In this document: piece by piece, positions 46,287 to 56,878 of the stretch
How the letters are laid out: the number at the start of each line of letters is the position of its first letter
Numbering within the stretch: position 1 is the stretch's first letter
Source of the DNA: a bacterium
GTDB lineage: Bacteria; Zhuqueibacterota; Zhuqueibacteria; Zhuqueibacterales; Zhuqueibacteraceae
Reading direction: 5' to 3'
NCBI GenBank assembly: GCA_044869275.1
Contig: JBIOXB010000130.1
Coordinates: forward strand, 1 to 64,000
Length of the DNA: 64,000 nt
The notes under the pieces: model-generated
Told to the model about the DNA's origin: nothing
The model's input: only the letters and a program-made list of their open reading frames with translations
Databases searched by the model: none
Translations under genes and position numbers: made by a program

Positions 46287-47588
46287 TCAATACGGCCTGG
46301 GCGCTGCCGTGCGGAAACGGCCCTTGCGTTTACTGCCCGTGGAAGAACCGTTGGAAGAACCGTTGGAAGAACCGTTGCGGCGCCAGCGTTTGTCAAAACC
46401 GTTGCGTGGGCCAGATCTACGGGGCCGTTCTTCGCCCATCGGCCGCACGGTGGTGGTCGCAGCCTGGAAGTAGTCGAAGCCGGAAAGCTTCTGGCGCGGA
46501 ATTTCGATTTTCGTCAAGCGCTGGATGGCATGCAGAAAGTCTTCCTCTTCCGGCGAGACCAGCGTCAGCGCTTCGCCGATGGCTTGTGCGCGCGCGGTAC
46601 GGCCGATGCGATGCACGTAGTCTTCCGGCGCTACCGGCACGTCGAAATTGACGACGTGGGATATGCCTTCGACGTCGATGCCACGCGCGGCAATGTCGGT
46701 CGCGACCAAAATGCGATATTCGCGGTTGCGAAAACCTTCCAAAGCCGCGATCCGCTGGCCCTGGGTGCGGTCACCGTGCAAACGCGTCGCTTCGAAACCG
46801 TTCTTTTCGAGCTGCCGCGCCAGGCGTTCCGTGCGAATTTTCGTGCGCGTGAAGATCAGCACGGACTTCATATCCTGGTGGTGCAACAATTTCATCAACA
46901 GATCAATTTTCAAACGCTGCGCTACGGGATAAGCCGATTGCTTCACCCCTTCTGCGGGCGCGGATTGCCGGCCAATTTGCACCGTCACCGGCTCGCGCAG
47001 AATTTGGCGGCTGAGCGTGAGAATTTCGTGCGGCATCGTGGCAGAGAACAACATGGTCTGCCGCTCTTTCGGCAAGCGCGCGATGATGCGCTTGACGTCC
47101 TGCAGAAAACCCATATCGAGCATGCGATCGGCTTCGTCGAGCACCAGGACTTGCACGCCGTGAAAAGTGCCCACACCGCGACTCATGAGATCGAGCAGGC
47201 GCCCCGGCGTGGCAATGATGACATCCGTGCCGAGCCGCAGCGCGCGTTCCTGCGGCGGCAGGCCGACCCCGCCGAAAACGGCCGCGGTGTAAATCTTGGT
47301 GAAAGAGGCAAGCGCTTGAAACACTTCATTCACCTGCGCCGCCAGCTCACGCGTGGGCGTCAAGATGAGCGCGCGGGTCTTGCCGCTGGAAATGGGATGC
47401 AGCTTGTTGAGAATGGGCAGCGCGAAGGCCGCGGTTTTGCCGGTGCCGGTTTGCGCGCAGCCGATGACATCCCGGCCGGACAGGGCCAGCGGCAGGGCTT
47501 GCTGCTGGATCGGCGTGGGTTCGTGATAACCGGCCTTGTGCAGAGCCTTGAGCAGATCCGTATGCAAGCCGAATTGTTGAAACGACAT
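46287..47588 (-). CDS. DEAD-box RNA helicase (RhlE-like)
   Basis: Q motif, AQTGTGKT, PTRELA, TPGRLLD, DEAD, SAT, ARGID and HRIGRT. AGGAG RBS and an Arg/Ser-rich tail. Confidence 0.95.
   Translation of the reverse strand: MSFQQFGLHTDLLKALHKAGYHEPTPIQQQALPLALSGRDVIGCAQTGTGKTAAFALPILNKLHPISSGKTRALILTPTRELAAQVNEVFQALASFTKIYTAAVFGGVGLPPQERALRLGTDVIIATPGRLLDLMSRGVGTFHGVQVLVLDEADRMLDMGFLQDVKRIIARLPKERQTMLFSATMPHEILTLSRQILREPVTVQIGRQSAPAEGVKQSAYPVAQRLKIDLLMKLLHHQDMKSVLIFTRTKIRTERLARQLEKNGFEATRLHGDRTQGQRIAALEGFRNREYRILVATDIAARGIDVEGISHVVNFDVPVAPEDYVHRIGRTARAQAIGEALTLVSPEEEDFLHAIQRLTKIEIPRQKLSGFDYFQAATTTVRPMGEERPRRSGPRNGFDKRWRRNGSSNGSSNGSSTGSKRKGRFRTAAPRPY
46341..46376. repeat. 12-bp tandem repeat x3 inside the helicase tail (encodes NGSS x3)
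   Basis: (GGAAGAACCGTT)3. Confidence 0.9.
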
Positions 47589-48184
47589 AAAACTCCTAAA
47601 TGGATTTTGTGGCACTGGCTGACGGGCAAAGAGTTTTCCGTTTTCCAGTGAATGTGGTGAAGCCAGACTCGAGCAACAGGCCTGTGCATCATGTCAAAGA
47701 CTTGTCGCACGAGTCCGTCTTCGTACTTTTGTATTTGCCGTGGCTCGGGAATCTCTTTGTCTTCAGATCAAATCTCGAACTAATCCGCAAAGTCTGCAGC
47801 CTGGGTGGGAATTTCCGCAGGAGAGCCGTGTGCGTGTTTGTCCCGCCTGGCGGGACAAATCAACTGAGAGAAGTGAGAAGAATTTCGGCAAAGGCCACTG
47901 AACTTTTGCGGTGGCCTTGCGATTGATAAAAGGCAGGCACCGCGCGTAACCAACATATGCCGCAGCTCGAGAAACCTCCAAGCCGCCCGAAGGGTTACAA
48001 TCGTCTATTGTACAACAATATTGTCGTAAAAACAAGCACGAAAACAAAAATATTCGAAGCAAAAGTGCCACGACGAAGTTCTTCACCGTGGCACTTTTGC
48101 CCGGGAGGCCTATCCCGCGAAGCGCTTTACTGTTTCCACAAAGTCATTCGCTGTACTTGCGGAAAACGCGGAGTGAAAAAATAC

Positions 48185-49039
48185 TCACGGCGCGATCGCC
48201 AGCGCGCTCAACGGCGAAGCCGTGCCCATGGTGCCGATCAAACCCACCAGCGTGGCTGCGCCGGTTGCCAGGTTTATGCTATAGAGCCCGGATAAACCGC
48301 TGGGATCGCCAATGAACAGCGCTGCGAAGGCAGTGCCGTCGCGCCCGGAAATATCAAACCCCGTCCAGCCGGAGGCGTCCACCCCGAGTGTGCCCACTGT
48401 GAATAATTGCCCATTGTTCGGAGTCGGCAGGGTCACCAATACGTTCATGTTGGAATCGATTCCGAATAGCGTGGTGATGGTCGCTCCCGCCACGCTGTTA
48501 GTATACGCCGACCCCACAATGTTGGGATTGAGGCCGGCGCTCAAGTCGCCGCTCGAATAGGCCAGCGTTGAATCTCTGCCGGCCAGGCCACCGGTATCAG
48601 GATTCAAGCGCAAATCCTGATCCCCGTCGCTGTGCAAGCGAATACGATCGGGCACGGGGTTAAAATCGAAACCAAAAGAATTGCCCGCGATCATCGGGGA
48701 GAAAGAGCTGGCTCCCACCTGCAATGCGACGCCGGAGAGCGTGTCGATCACGTAGATGCGGCTGGTGCTGCCCAGCGCATACAACCGCCGGTCGACCGGG
48801 CGAAAATCAATGCCCAAAATGACTTCACCGCTTTGCAAACCGTTGATGCGATAGCGATTGGTAATCGCGCCGGAGCTCATGCTGCCGAAGCGCACCAGGC
48901 TGTTGGTGGTGTCCACACCGTACAGCACCCGGCCGAGCACGGCGGGTTGCAAGACCATGTTTTGATCGCATGCTGAGCACATTAGCCACAACGTCGCAGC
49001 GGCCAAAAGCGGAAGGAATTGTTGCGGGATTGTTTTCAT
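48185..49039 (-). CDS. DUF4394-like beta-propeller lipoprotein
   Basis: Lipobox-like SAC; 'GIDFRP....LYALG', 'GFDFNPVPDRIR', 'AYTNS' and 'LYSINLATG.ATLVG'. Confidence 0.8.
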   Translation of the reverse strand: MKTIPQQFLPLLAAATLWLMCSACDQNMVLQPAVLGRVLYGVDTTNSLVRFGSMSSGAITNRYRINGLQSGEVILGIDFRPVDRRLYALGSTSRIYVIDTLSGVALQVGASSFSPMIAGNSFGFDFNPVPDRIRLHSDGDQDLRLNPDTGGLAGRDSTLAYSSGDLSAGLNPNIVGSAYTNSVAGATITTLFGIDSNMNVLVTLPTPNNGQLFTVGTLGVDASGWTGFDISGRDGTAFAALFIGDPSGLSGLYSINLATGAATLVGLIGTMGTASPLSALAIAP

Positions 49040-49457
49040 TTCACCATCGTCCTGATTTGTGTGTAGGAATTGTCCCTAAGCTTGAATGCCGGCAAGAATG
49101 CAAAAGTAAAGCCAAAAAACGATGCCTGCGGCGCCCTTTATGCTATGTGAAGATTCGGCATGAGTTTTATTGAGGATGACACCCAAATCCTGGTGCAACA
49201 GATGACTCCTGCGCATGGCATCGTGGCGCGGCTTGTTTGCCGCCGCGCAGTGTCAAAATACATACCTGCAAACCCGCACCAATTTGGTTACAGGCCTACG
49301 AATTGGTAACTTGCCGCCCTTGGGGAATTGTAAGGAATGCTTGCACAAATCGACCAATCTGCACAACGGTGAGGAAAGATATCGTTGACGTGGAATTTTT
49401 GCGCGTCCGGCGTTGTTGTTGGTGTAGAGGCGCCAGAACCAAAACCGGAGTTTGTTG

Positions 49458-52094
49458 ATGACCGCCGAAAGTAAACGTCTTGCGGAAGCGCGTTTGAAAA
49501 AAGCCGCGTGGAAGAAATGGGGGCCGTATGTGACCGAGCGGCAATGGGGCACCGTGCGCGAGGATTACAGCGCGAATGGTGCAGCATGGGAATACGTTTC
49601 GCACGACGCCGCGCGCAGCAAGGCCTTTCGCTGGGGCGAAGAGGGCCTCGCCGGCATCAGCGACGAGCAGCAATTGCTGTGCTTTGCCTGGGCATTGTGG
49701 AACGGCCGCGACCCCATTTTGAAAGAGCGCATTTTCGGTTTGACCGGCAATGAAGGCAATCACGGCGAAGACGTAAAAGAGCTGTATTATTATCTCGACA
49801 GCACACCCTCGCATTCGTACATGAAGATGCTGTACAAGTATCCGCAGGCAGAATTTCCCTATTCCTGGCTGGCGGAAGAAAATCGCCGCCGCGGCAAAGG
49901 CCAGCCCGAATTCGAATTGATAGACACCGGCATTTTCGATGACAATCGTTATTTCGACGTGTTTGTGGAATATGCCAAAGCGGCGCCGGAAGATATTCTC
50001 ATCCGCCTGACCGCCTATAATCGCGGGCCGGAGGCGGCGCCGTTGCATGTATTGCCGACCATTTGGCTGCGCAACACTTGGGATTGGGGCCATAATGGCC
50101 ACAAGCCGGTCCTTCGCGAGGCCATGAGCAATACCATAGAAATCAAACAAGGCGATCTTGGGATCTACCAGTTGTATGGCGAGAGCGCGCAAGAATTGTT
50201 GTTTTGCGAGAACGAAACGAATACACGGCGGCTGTATAATTTTTCGGAGGGGCGAGGGTATTTCAAAGATGGCATCAATGATTGCGTGGTGCAAGGCATG
50301 AGTGAGGCCGTCAATCCCATGAAAGCAGGCACCAAGGCGGCGGCGCATTATCGGATGGACATTCCCGCCGGCGGCGCGGCAACGCTGCGCTTGCGTTTGA
50401 CCAATACTTCCATGGGCAAGCCGTTCGCGGACTTTGATCAAATTTTTGAAATGCGTTTGCAGGAAGCGCATGAGTTCTATGCTGAAATACAAGCCTCGAT
50501 CAAAAACGAGGATGCTAGACAAGTACAGCGCCAGGCCTTTGCCGGCATGTTGTGGAGCAAGCAGTTCTATTATTACGATGTCCCGCAATGGCTGAACGGT
50601 GATCCCGGCCAGCCCGTGCCGCCGGCGGAGCGCAGGCGCGGCCGCAATCACCAGTGGATCCACCTCAACAATGCCGACATCATTTCGATGCCGGACAAAT
50701 GGGAGTATCCCTGGTATGCCGCGTGGGATCTTGCTTTTCATTGCCTGCCGCTGGCCATGGTCGATCCGGATTTTGCCAAGGAGCAGCTGGTGTTGCTCAC
50801 ACGCGAGTGGTACATGCATCCCAACGGCCAGTTGCCGGCGTATGAATGGGCATTCGGCGACGTCAACCCGCCGGTGCATGCCTGGGCCACGTGGCGCGTG
50901 TTTCAGATCGATCGCAAAATGAAGGGCGGGAAAGGCGATGTCGCATTTCTCGAGCGTGTGTTTCAAAAACTGCTGCTGAATTTTACCTGGTGGGTGAATC
51001 GCAAAGACAGCGAGGGCAACAATATTTTCGAAGGCGGATTTTTGGGACTGGATAACATCGGCGTGTTCGATCGCAGCGCGGCGCTGCCCACCGGCGGGCA
51101 CATCGAGCAATCCGACGGCACGAGCTGGATGGCGATGTATTCTCTCAACATGATGCGCATCGCGCTGGAACTGGCCACGCAGAACCATGTTTATGAAGAC
51201 ATGGCGACAAAATTTTTCGAGCACTTTTTGTTCATCGCGGGGGCCATGGCGAATATCGGCGGCGACGGCTCCAACTTATGGGACGCCGAGGACGAGTTTT
51301 TCTACGACGTGTTGCATTTGCCGCACGGCGAGCGCATTCCGCTCAAGGTGCGCTCGATGGTGGGACTGATTCCCCTGTTCGCCGTGGAGACGCTCGAGCC
51401 GGAATTGCTCGAACAGCTGCCGGAATTCAAACAACGCCTGGAATGGTTCTTGAATTATCGCCCCGATTTGGCGACATTGGTCTCGCGCTGGTTCGAGCCG
51501 GGCATGGGCGAGCGCCGCTTGCTTTCACTGCTGCGCGGCCGTCGCATGAAGCGCTTGCTCAAGCGCATGCTGGATGAAAGCGAATTTCTGTCGGATTACG
51601 GCGTGCGTGCCTTGTCGCGCGTGCACCAAGATCAGCCCTATGTCTTTCATGCAGACGGACAGGCCTTCACGGTCTCTTATCAACCCGGCGAATCGGATTC
51701 CGGATTGTTCGGCGGCAACTCGAATTGGCGCGGGCCAATTTGGTTTCCGGTGAACTATCTGCTGATTGAAGCACTGCAAAAGTTTCATCACTATTACGGC
51801 GATGATTTCAAAGTGGAATGCCCGACCGGCTCCGGCAGGTTTCTTACCATCAATGAAATCGCGGAAGAAGTGTCGCGCCGCCTGACGCGTATTTTCTTGC
51901 GCGATGAAAACAGCAAGCGCCCGGTGTTCAATTACAGCGAGAAAATGCAAAGCGATCCGCATTTCCGCGATTACGTTTTGTTCCATGAGTACTTTCACGG
52001 CGACAATGGCCGCGGCGTGGGCGCCGCGCATCAAACGGGATGGACCGGGCTGGTCGCCAAACTGCTGCAACCGCGGCGGGAGAAGATGGAGTGA
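49458..52094 (+). CDS. GH63 / MGH1-like glucosidase
   Basis: '[18 protein letters not shown]', '[19 protein letters not shown]', '[12 protein letters not shown]', '[11 protein letters not shown]' and 'HQTGWTG'. Confidence 0.92.
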   Translation: MTAESKRLAEARLKKAAWKKWGPYVTERQWGTVREDYSANGAAWEYVSHDAARSKAFRWGEEGLAGISDEQQLLCFAWALWNGRDPILKERIFGLTGNEGNHGEDVKELYYYLDSTPSHSYMKMLYKYPQAEFPYSWLAEENRRRGKGQPEFELIDTGIFDDNRYFDVFVEYAKAAPEDILIRLTAYNRGPEAAPLHVLPTIWLRNTWDWGHNGHKPVLREAMSNTIEIKQGDLGIYQLYGESAQELLFCENETNTRRLYNFSEGRGYFKDGINDCVVQGMSEAVNPMKAGTKAAAHYRMDIPAGGAATLRLRLTNTSMGKPFADFDQIFEMRLQEAHEFYAEIQASIKNEDARQVQRQAFAGMLWSKQFYYYDVPQWLNGDPGQPVPPAERRRGRNHQWIHLNNADIISMPDKWEYPWYAAWDLAFHCLPLAMVDPDFAKEQLVLLTREWYMHPNGQLPAYEWAFGDVNPPVHAWATWRVFQIDRKMKGGKGDVAFLERVFQKLLLNFTWWVNRKDSEGNNIFEGGFLGLDNIGVFDRSAALPTGGHIEQSDGTSWMAMYSLNMMRIALELATQNHVYEDMATKFFEHFLFIAGAMANIGGDGSNLWDAEDEFFYDVLHLPHGERIPLKVRSMVGLIPLFAVETLEPELLEQLPEFKQRLEWFLNYRPDLATLVSRWFEPGMGERRLLSLLRGRRMKRLLKRMLDESEFLSDYGVRALSRVHQDQPYVFHADGQAFTVSYQPGESDSGLFGGNSNWRGPIWFPVNYLLIEALQKFHHYYGDDFKVECPTGSGRFLTINEIAEEVSRRLTRIFLRDENSKRPVFNYSEKMQSDPHFRDYVLFHEYFHGDNGRGVGAAHQTGWTGLVAKLLQPRREKME

Positions 52095-52100
52095 AGCGAG

Positions 52101-52216
52101 GTGGAATCATGGATCAGTGGAGTGGTGGAGTTGTGGAGTAATGGAGTAATGGAGTAGTGGAGTAGTGGAGTAGTGGGCGTAACGAAACTCCATCACTCCA
52201 ACACTCCATCACTCCA
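52101..52216. repeat. 8-mer (TGGAGTAG) tandem array with an inverted (CACTCCAT) arm
   Basis: About 9 degenerate TGGAGTRR units, a short spacer, then 4 ACTCCA(T/A)C units. Confidence 0.9.
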
Positions 52217-52261
52217 GCAATGCAATGGTCACGTATATTCCCGACTAGTGAGGCGAGATAG

Positions 52262-52834
52262 ATGAACAGAAGAACTTTGTTGAACCAATGGTGCGCGTTG
52301 CTGGCGTCGGGGCTGCTGCTGCCGGCGTGCGCGCGTACAGGAGAACAAGCTCAGATGACGAACGATGCCACTACCCCCCAGGCCCTGACCGCCGCCGGCG
52401 ATACCACCGGGGCCATACAAAAACTGGTGAAGTCCAAAGACGAATGGCGCCGCCTGTTGACGCCCCAAGCGTACGCCGTGCTTTTCGAAGAAGATACGGA
52501 GTATCCGCGTACGAGCCCGCTAAATCAGGAGAAGCGGGAGGGCACTTTCATTTGCGCCGCCTGCAATCTGCCGTTGTTTTCTTCTCATGCAAAATTCGAA
52601 AGCGGCACCGGTTGGCCGAGCTTTTTTCAGCCGATCAGCAAAGAATACCTCGGCACCACCACGGATTATAAGCTGATGGCGCCGCGAACGGAATATCACT
52701 GTGCCCGTTGCGGCGGGCACCAAGGCCATGTGTTCGACGATGGCCCTCCACCCACGGGCCTGCGCTATTGCAATAATGGCGTTGCATTGAAATTTGTGCC
52801 CAAAGGAGAAACCCTTCCACACTTAAGAGATTGA
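52262..52834 (+). CDS. msrB: Peptide-methionine (R)-S-oxide reductase with a Tat/lipoprotein-like leader
   Basis: 'CAAC..PLFSS..KFESGTGWPSF', 'CARCGGHQGHVFDDGP.PTGLRYC.N'; N-terminus MNRRTLL..LPAC. Confidence 0.95.
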   Translation: MNRRTLLNQWCALLASGLLLPACARTGEQAQMTNDATTPQALTAAGDTTGAIQKLVKSKDEWRRLLTPQAYAVLFEEDTEYPRTSPLNQEKREGTFICAACNLPLFSSHAKFESGTGWPSFFQPISKEYLGTTTDYKLMAPRTEYHCARCGGHQGHVFDDGPPPTGLRYCNNGVALKFVPKGETLPHLRD

Positions 52835-52845
52835 GGACTGGCGCT

Positions 52846-53478
52846 ATGAATTTGCTCTTTGTTGTCACTGTTTCTGTATTTGTTTCGTGCGGCACGGCGA
52901 AAGAAGACGACGCCGCTGCTTCCGCCACGATCGCTCCGCAGCAATCCCAAGACGTTGCGCTCGCCACCTTCGCCGGCGGTTGCTTTTGGTGCATGGAAGC
53001 GCCGTTCGACGTTCTTCCCGGAGTAATCTCGACCACTTCGGGCTATACCGGAGGTTTCAAAGATAACCCCACTTACGAAGAAGTTTCTTCGGGCAGAACC
53101 GGCCACGCGGAAGCGGTGCAGATTCTCTACGATTCAACCCGGATCAGCTATGCCAGATTGCTGGAAGTGTTCTGGCACAACATCGATCCGCTGGCGGCCA
53201 ATCGGCAATTCTGTGACAGTGGCTCGCAATATCGTGCTGCAATTTTTTACCACAACGAAGAACAGCACAGCTTGGCCGAGGCTTCGAAACAGAAACTGGA
53301 ACAGTCGGGGCGATTCAAACCGCCCATCGTCACGGAGATCGTTCCGGTGTCGAAGTTTTATGCTGCCGAAGAATATCATCAGGATTTTTACAAGAAGAAT
53401 TCGCTGCACTACAAGGCCTATCGCGCCGGCTGCGGCCGGGACCGGCGTTTGCAGGAACTGTGGGGAGAAAGCCATTAG
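52846..53478 (+). CDS. msrA: Peptide-methionine (S)-S-oxide reductase with a lipoprotein leader
   Basis: 'FAGGCFWC.E', 'GYTGG...PTYEEV..TGHAE' and 'AEEYHQ'; lipobox FVSC. Confidence 0.95.
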   Translation: MNLLFVVTVSVFVSCGTAKEDDAAASATIAPQQSQDVALATFAGGCFWCMEAPFDVLPGVISTTSGYTGGFKDNPTYEEVSSGRTGHAEAVQILYDSTRISYARLLEVFWHNIDPLAANRQFCDSGSQYRAAIFYHNEEQHSLAEASKQKLEQSGRFKPPIVTEIVPVSKFYAAEEYHQDFYKKNSLHYKAYRAGCGRDRRLQELWGESH

Positions 53479-53499
53479 CATGCATTTGCACACGATTTC

Positions 53500-54642
53500 T
53501 CAAAATCCCAATTGCAATCTGAGCGCATGGTTCCAGCTCACCCATTGGCCGGCATATATCCCCAATTCTTCGCCATAGAACGCATAATCCGCACGGATCA
53601 CATATAGCCTCATGCCCAGGCCCAGGGTGGGATAACCTTGCGCGAAACCCGCGCGTGCGCTGAATACCGGTGTCAGGTTCGCCTCCACGCCGGTATAAAC
53701 TTTCTTGAAAAACGTAATATTGCTGTCGAAGGGCTGATCAACATCGAAGCCGAGCGCGAGGTTATAAAGCCATTTTCCCAGCCTTATGCCCGGACGAAAA
53801 GCCGCGCCCAAGCGCAAACTGGGATTCATTTTGTTCGGCGGCGGAGGATTGTCCGGCGTGGCGCCGGCGGTATTCCAGCTAAATTTTGTCGCCACCACGT
53901 CATACATCGCAGCGCCGAATTGCCAGCGCCGATTCAATATATAGAAGGCGCCGAGGTCAAGGCCAAAATTATTGCCGCGGTAGAGGTGCAGATCCTCATT
54001 GGAGGAAAAACCCGAGAGCGTCTTGGTTTTGCGCGTGAGGTAGCGCCGCAGATATTTTCCGGTCACGCCAAGATGCAGGTCGCCGGCGGAGCCGCGCGGA
54101 CCCAATGACAACGTGTGCGCATAAGCGGCCATCACCTGCACATCGCCGCGGAAGCGCATGTCGACCAGCGGCAAGCCCGCCGCGCCTTCGAAGATTTCAT
54201 AGCTCACGTTGCCTGCGCTGAAAGCTCCTGCCCCGAAATGCGGTGTGAGAAAGTGCACCGGCAGCGGGCCTTCAATTGTAAAGATGCCGAGCTTCTGTGC
54301 TTCGGCCAGGGCGTCGGCGTACAAAGCGTTCTTTTCAGCCTCGCTGAGATTGTCGAGGTTGTTGATTTGATCACGATGGTCGCGATAGAAATTGATCTGA
54401 TCCAAAACACCCTGATTCAAACGCAGGCTGAGATCGACGAGATTGACGCGATTGTATTTCAACGCGCGCAGCAAGGCGGGATTGTAAAAGAGAATGTTGT
54501 CTTCCGCGGGAATCGCCACCGCCGCACCGCCCATGCCGAGCGCACGCAAGTTGCGGATGGCCATGCGCGGCAGCTCGCTTTCTTGCGCCTGAGCAGAAAG
54601 CACGCCCAGGCCGAATACCAAAACGAGAATGGTTTTTCTCAT
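53500..54642 (-). CDS. Outer-membrane beta-barrel (TraF/PorV/FadL-like)
   Basis: Signal peptide, 'RALGMGGAAVA....LFYNPA' plug motif, amphipathic strands and C-terminal 'LQLGF'. Confidence 0.8.
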   Translation of the reverse strand: MRKTILVLVFGLGVLSAQAQESELPRMAIRNLRALGMGGAAVAIPAEDNILFYNPALLRALKYNRVNLVDLSLRLNQGVLDQINFYRDHRDQINNLDNLSEAEKNALYADALAEAQKLGIFTIEGPLPVHFLTPHFGAGAFSAGNVSYEIFEGAAGLPLVDMRFRGDVQVMAAYAHTLSLGPRGSAGDLHLGVTGKYLRRYLTRKTKTLSGFSSNEDLHLYRGNNFGLDLGAFYILNRRWQFGAAMYDVVATKFSWNTAGATPDNPPPPNKMNPSLRLGAAFRPGIRLGKWLYNLALGFDVDQPFDSNITFFKKVYTGVEANLTPVFSARAGFAQGYPTLGLGMRLYVIRADYAFYGEELGIYAGQWVSWNHALRLQLGF

Positions 54643-54725
54643 GCTTGAGGTCCTTGCAAGGGAATGGGAAGATTGCCGGTCAATTTAACGATCGTCAAAC
54701 GATGCTTTCGCCCTCGTCAATCAAC

Positions 54726-54823
54726 CTGCTCGTGCTCATCCTTTTGCTCCTGCTCTTACTCGTTTTAGAGTGATGCGAAGCGAGCGAGAGCATGGAGCAA
54801 GAGTATGAGTCTTGAGTATGAGT
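54726..54823. repeat. 6-mer (TGCTCN / NGAGCA-GAGTAT) degenerate tandem repeats in inverted arrangement
   Basis: CTGCTCGTGCTC..TGCTCCTGCTCTTACTCG ... CGAGAGCATGGAGCAAGAGTATGAGTCTTGAGTATGAGT. Confidence 0.7.
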
Positions 54824-54842
54824 AATCCAGGGGGTATTTGGG

Positions 54843-55745
54843 TTAGCCGCCATAATAAGCATATTGATACAACGCACTCAAGCCCAGATGCACGACTTGA
54901 AAGAAAATGCCGGACGCCGTCTGTTGCAGGGTTGCCGGCAAAGGCGCTGGCGGCTGCGGAGCATCGCCCTTGAGTTTGCCGAACGTGCTCCAGTTATAGT
55001 AGTGCCACAAACACTCGAGGCCGCTTGCCAGCAGCGGATAGGAGATTTTGACGATGGCGATGGTCTCCTGGCGAATTTGTTCCACGGTCTTCTGAGGATC
55101 GCTCAACAAAAGCTGATACGTATCATCGAGCTTTCGAATCGACAAGCGCGAATCCAAGCGGAAGCCGTTCGTGGGATCGTGATCATCGTCGAGCATGAGA
55201 ATGAAGCCGTCCACCAACGAGGCCACGCCGCAGCTCAAATAAGCATCGTCGGCATACGGAAATTGCGAGCTCGTCAGGGTGCCGTTGGTCAGCGCTTCAA
55301 CCACCGGCTGCAAATCGGCTTGCACAATTGAAAAGACGCGCAGCAAATTCGCCAAACCCTGCTCGTTGAAATCGAACAAAACAATTTCATCTTGCACGGC
55401 GCCCGGAGAAGTGTTGCCTTTGGCCAAGCCGCTGGCGGCTTGCATCATGTCGATGAAAGATTGAAAGCTGATGTCGTTTGCACGCGCGGTGGCGACGGCG
55501 TGAAAATAGAATATTTGCGCGGATTGCGTATTCATGGGGGGGTTGGGCCCCAGTTTGTTTTTGGCGCGATCCAGCAAATTCAACGCATCTTGCGGCCGGC
55601 CGTCACGCAAAGCGCCGCGCGCATCGTTCAACAGCACCTCAGGGTCATCGCTTGAACCTTCGGAATGAAACGGTGAGAACAGATTGCAGCCCCATGAACC
55701 GATGGCCACAGCCAGGCAGGCAAGAAGAATGAAACGTGCCTTCAT
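54843..55745 (-). CDS. Helical (TPR-like) lipoprotein
   Basis: GGGAG RBS before ATG 55745; MKARFILLACLAVAIGSWGC lipobox. The longer upstream extension in the ORF track runs through the MITE and is spurious. Confidence 0.8.
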   Translation of the reverse strand: MKARFILLACLAVAIGSWGCNLFSPFHSEGSSDDPEVLLNDARGALRDGRPQDALNLLDRAKNKLGPNPPMNTQSAQIFYFHAVATARANDISFQSFIDMMQAASGLAKGNTSPGAVQDEIVLFDFNEQGLANLLRVFSIVQADLQPVVEALTNGTLTSSQFPYADDAYLSCGVASLVDGFILMLDDDHDPTNGFRLDSRLSIRKLDDTYQLLLSDPQKTVEQIRQETIAIVKISYPLLASGLECLWHYYNWSTFGKLKGDAPQPPAPLPATLQQTASGIFFQVVHLGLSALYQYAYYGG

Positions 55746-55894
55746 GAAGATCTCCCAAAAAATAAGTTGCAAAAACGCCGTCCCGCACCAATGATTGGCT
55801 GCCGTGAGTGTGTGGACTTCGTCGCAGCGGGAGAGGTGATCTTCCGTGGTTTGAGTTTTGTCCGGGAAGAGGTGAGCTAAAGAGCGGCAGGATT

Positions 55895-56012
55895 CAAACT
55901 GTGTGAAAACGCTTGGTGTCTGCGCCGGCTGAGCTTGTCGAAGCCGGATTCCTGAACCCAGCACCCTTCGACAAGCTCAGGGTGCGGCATTCTCGAGTTT
56001 TCACACAGCCTG
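55895..56012 (-). mobile_element. MITE-like element, copy 1 (118 bp)
   Basis: Terminal IRs CAAACTGTGTGAAAAC / GTTTTCACACAGCCTG and an inner palindrome CTGAGCTTGTCGAAG..CTTCGACAAGCTCAG. Aligns end to end with 57744-57863. Confidence 0.75.
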
Positions 56013-56373
56013 ATCGCCGTTGCATCACTTGGCGGAATTGCCACCTTTGCCTTCCAACAACAATTCAAGATGGTCCATTTCAGGTATCCAGACAAGAATA
56101 CCGGCACCGCAGCGTATTAGCCGAAGCGGAGCAAAGGAAAGTTTTTGAGGGAGAGTACAGCCGAGAGGAAGACCGGTCAGTTTGGGATTGAGAATTAAAT
56201 AACTTTCCCCTTTCTCAAACCGCGAATGAACGCTAATAAGGCGAATGGAGTGCATATGAGCGTGCATCTGCGTTCATGAGCATTTTCAAAAAAACGGGCA
56301 AGTTATTTATACGGCGAGCCATAGTCAGGCAAGGCCAACAGATCGGGGAAAATGGGAGGTTTTGTTCTGCTGC

Positions 56374-56757
56374 TTACAAGCCGTTTCGTTTCTGGCACTT
56401 CGGCGGGCGCGGCGTTGCGCGTACGCTTGCGCCCGGCCAGACCATGAGAGATGACGAATCGTATGCCGGCTCCTTCACTATTCCCGTGCGCGCTACAATC
56501 AATTTCTCTTTTTTCATGCCGCCAAGACTTTCAGATTCGCATTCCAGCATTTTCCCCCAGCTCAACAGCATATAATCGATGGTGACCCCAGCTTTTTGCA
56601 CGGCGACGAGTGTGTTCTTGACCGGTGAGCCAAACATCGTCTTGAAAAGAAAATTTCGGTGATCATGCGTGCGCGCCAGATTCAGCAAATAGGCCGCGCC
56701 CAACAGCAAAAGCGCAACTGCACCGGTGGGACGATTCGAAAAGCCTCGCTGCAACAT
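56374..56757 (-). CDS. Hypothetical protein with an N-terminal hydrophobic helix
   Basis: GGAG RBS, 127-aa ORF. No recognisable motif. Confidence 0.5.
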   Translation of the reverse strand: MLQRGFSNRPTGAVALLLLGAAYLLNLARTHDHRNFLFKTMFGSPVKNTLVAVQKAGVTIDYMLLSWGKMLECESESLGGMKKEKLIVARTGIVKEPAYDSSSLMVWPGASVRATPRPPKCQKRNGL

Positions 56758-56878
56758 TCCATTCTCCGCTGGTTAATCGTGTTTTTCTGTAACCAATCTG
56801 TTGATTAGACCCGGCCTGCAGAAAAAAGGTTGCCCCGTTCTGAGCAGAAAATGACAAATGGTGGAGTGGAAATCGGCA

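Noticed and set aside
46341..46376. Functional significance of the 12-bp x3 repeat
   Set aside because: It is an in-frame expansion in a low-complexity helicase tail and is probably neutral.
49296..51224. 642-aa minus-strand ORF, and other long antisense ORFs such as 43404-45806, 17710-19107, 34570-35988 and 13738-14985
   Set aside because: These are shadow frames of well-supported genes on the opposite strand in GC-rich DNA, with no motifs of their own.
52101..52216. CRISPR array (also considered for 15435, 6396 and 56879)
   Set aside because: The units are 6-8 bp with no unique spacers, and there are no cas genes.
53500..54642. Conjugative element, based on the TraF-like barrel
   Set aside because: There is no relaxase, VirB4, coupling protein or other tra gene, and this barrel family is common outside conjugative elements.
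55746..55964. N-terminal extension of the lipoprotein ORF
   Set aside because: It runs through the MITE. The RBS and lipobox support a start at 55745.
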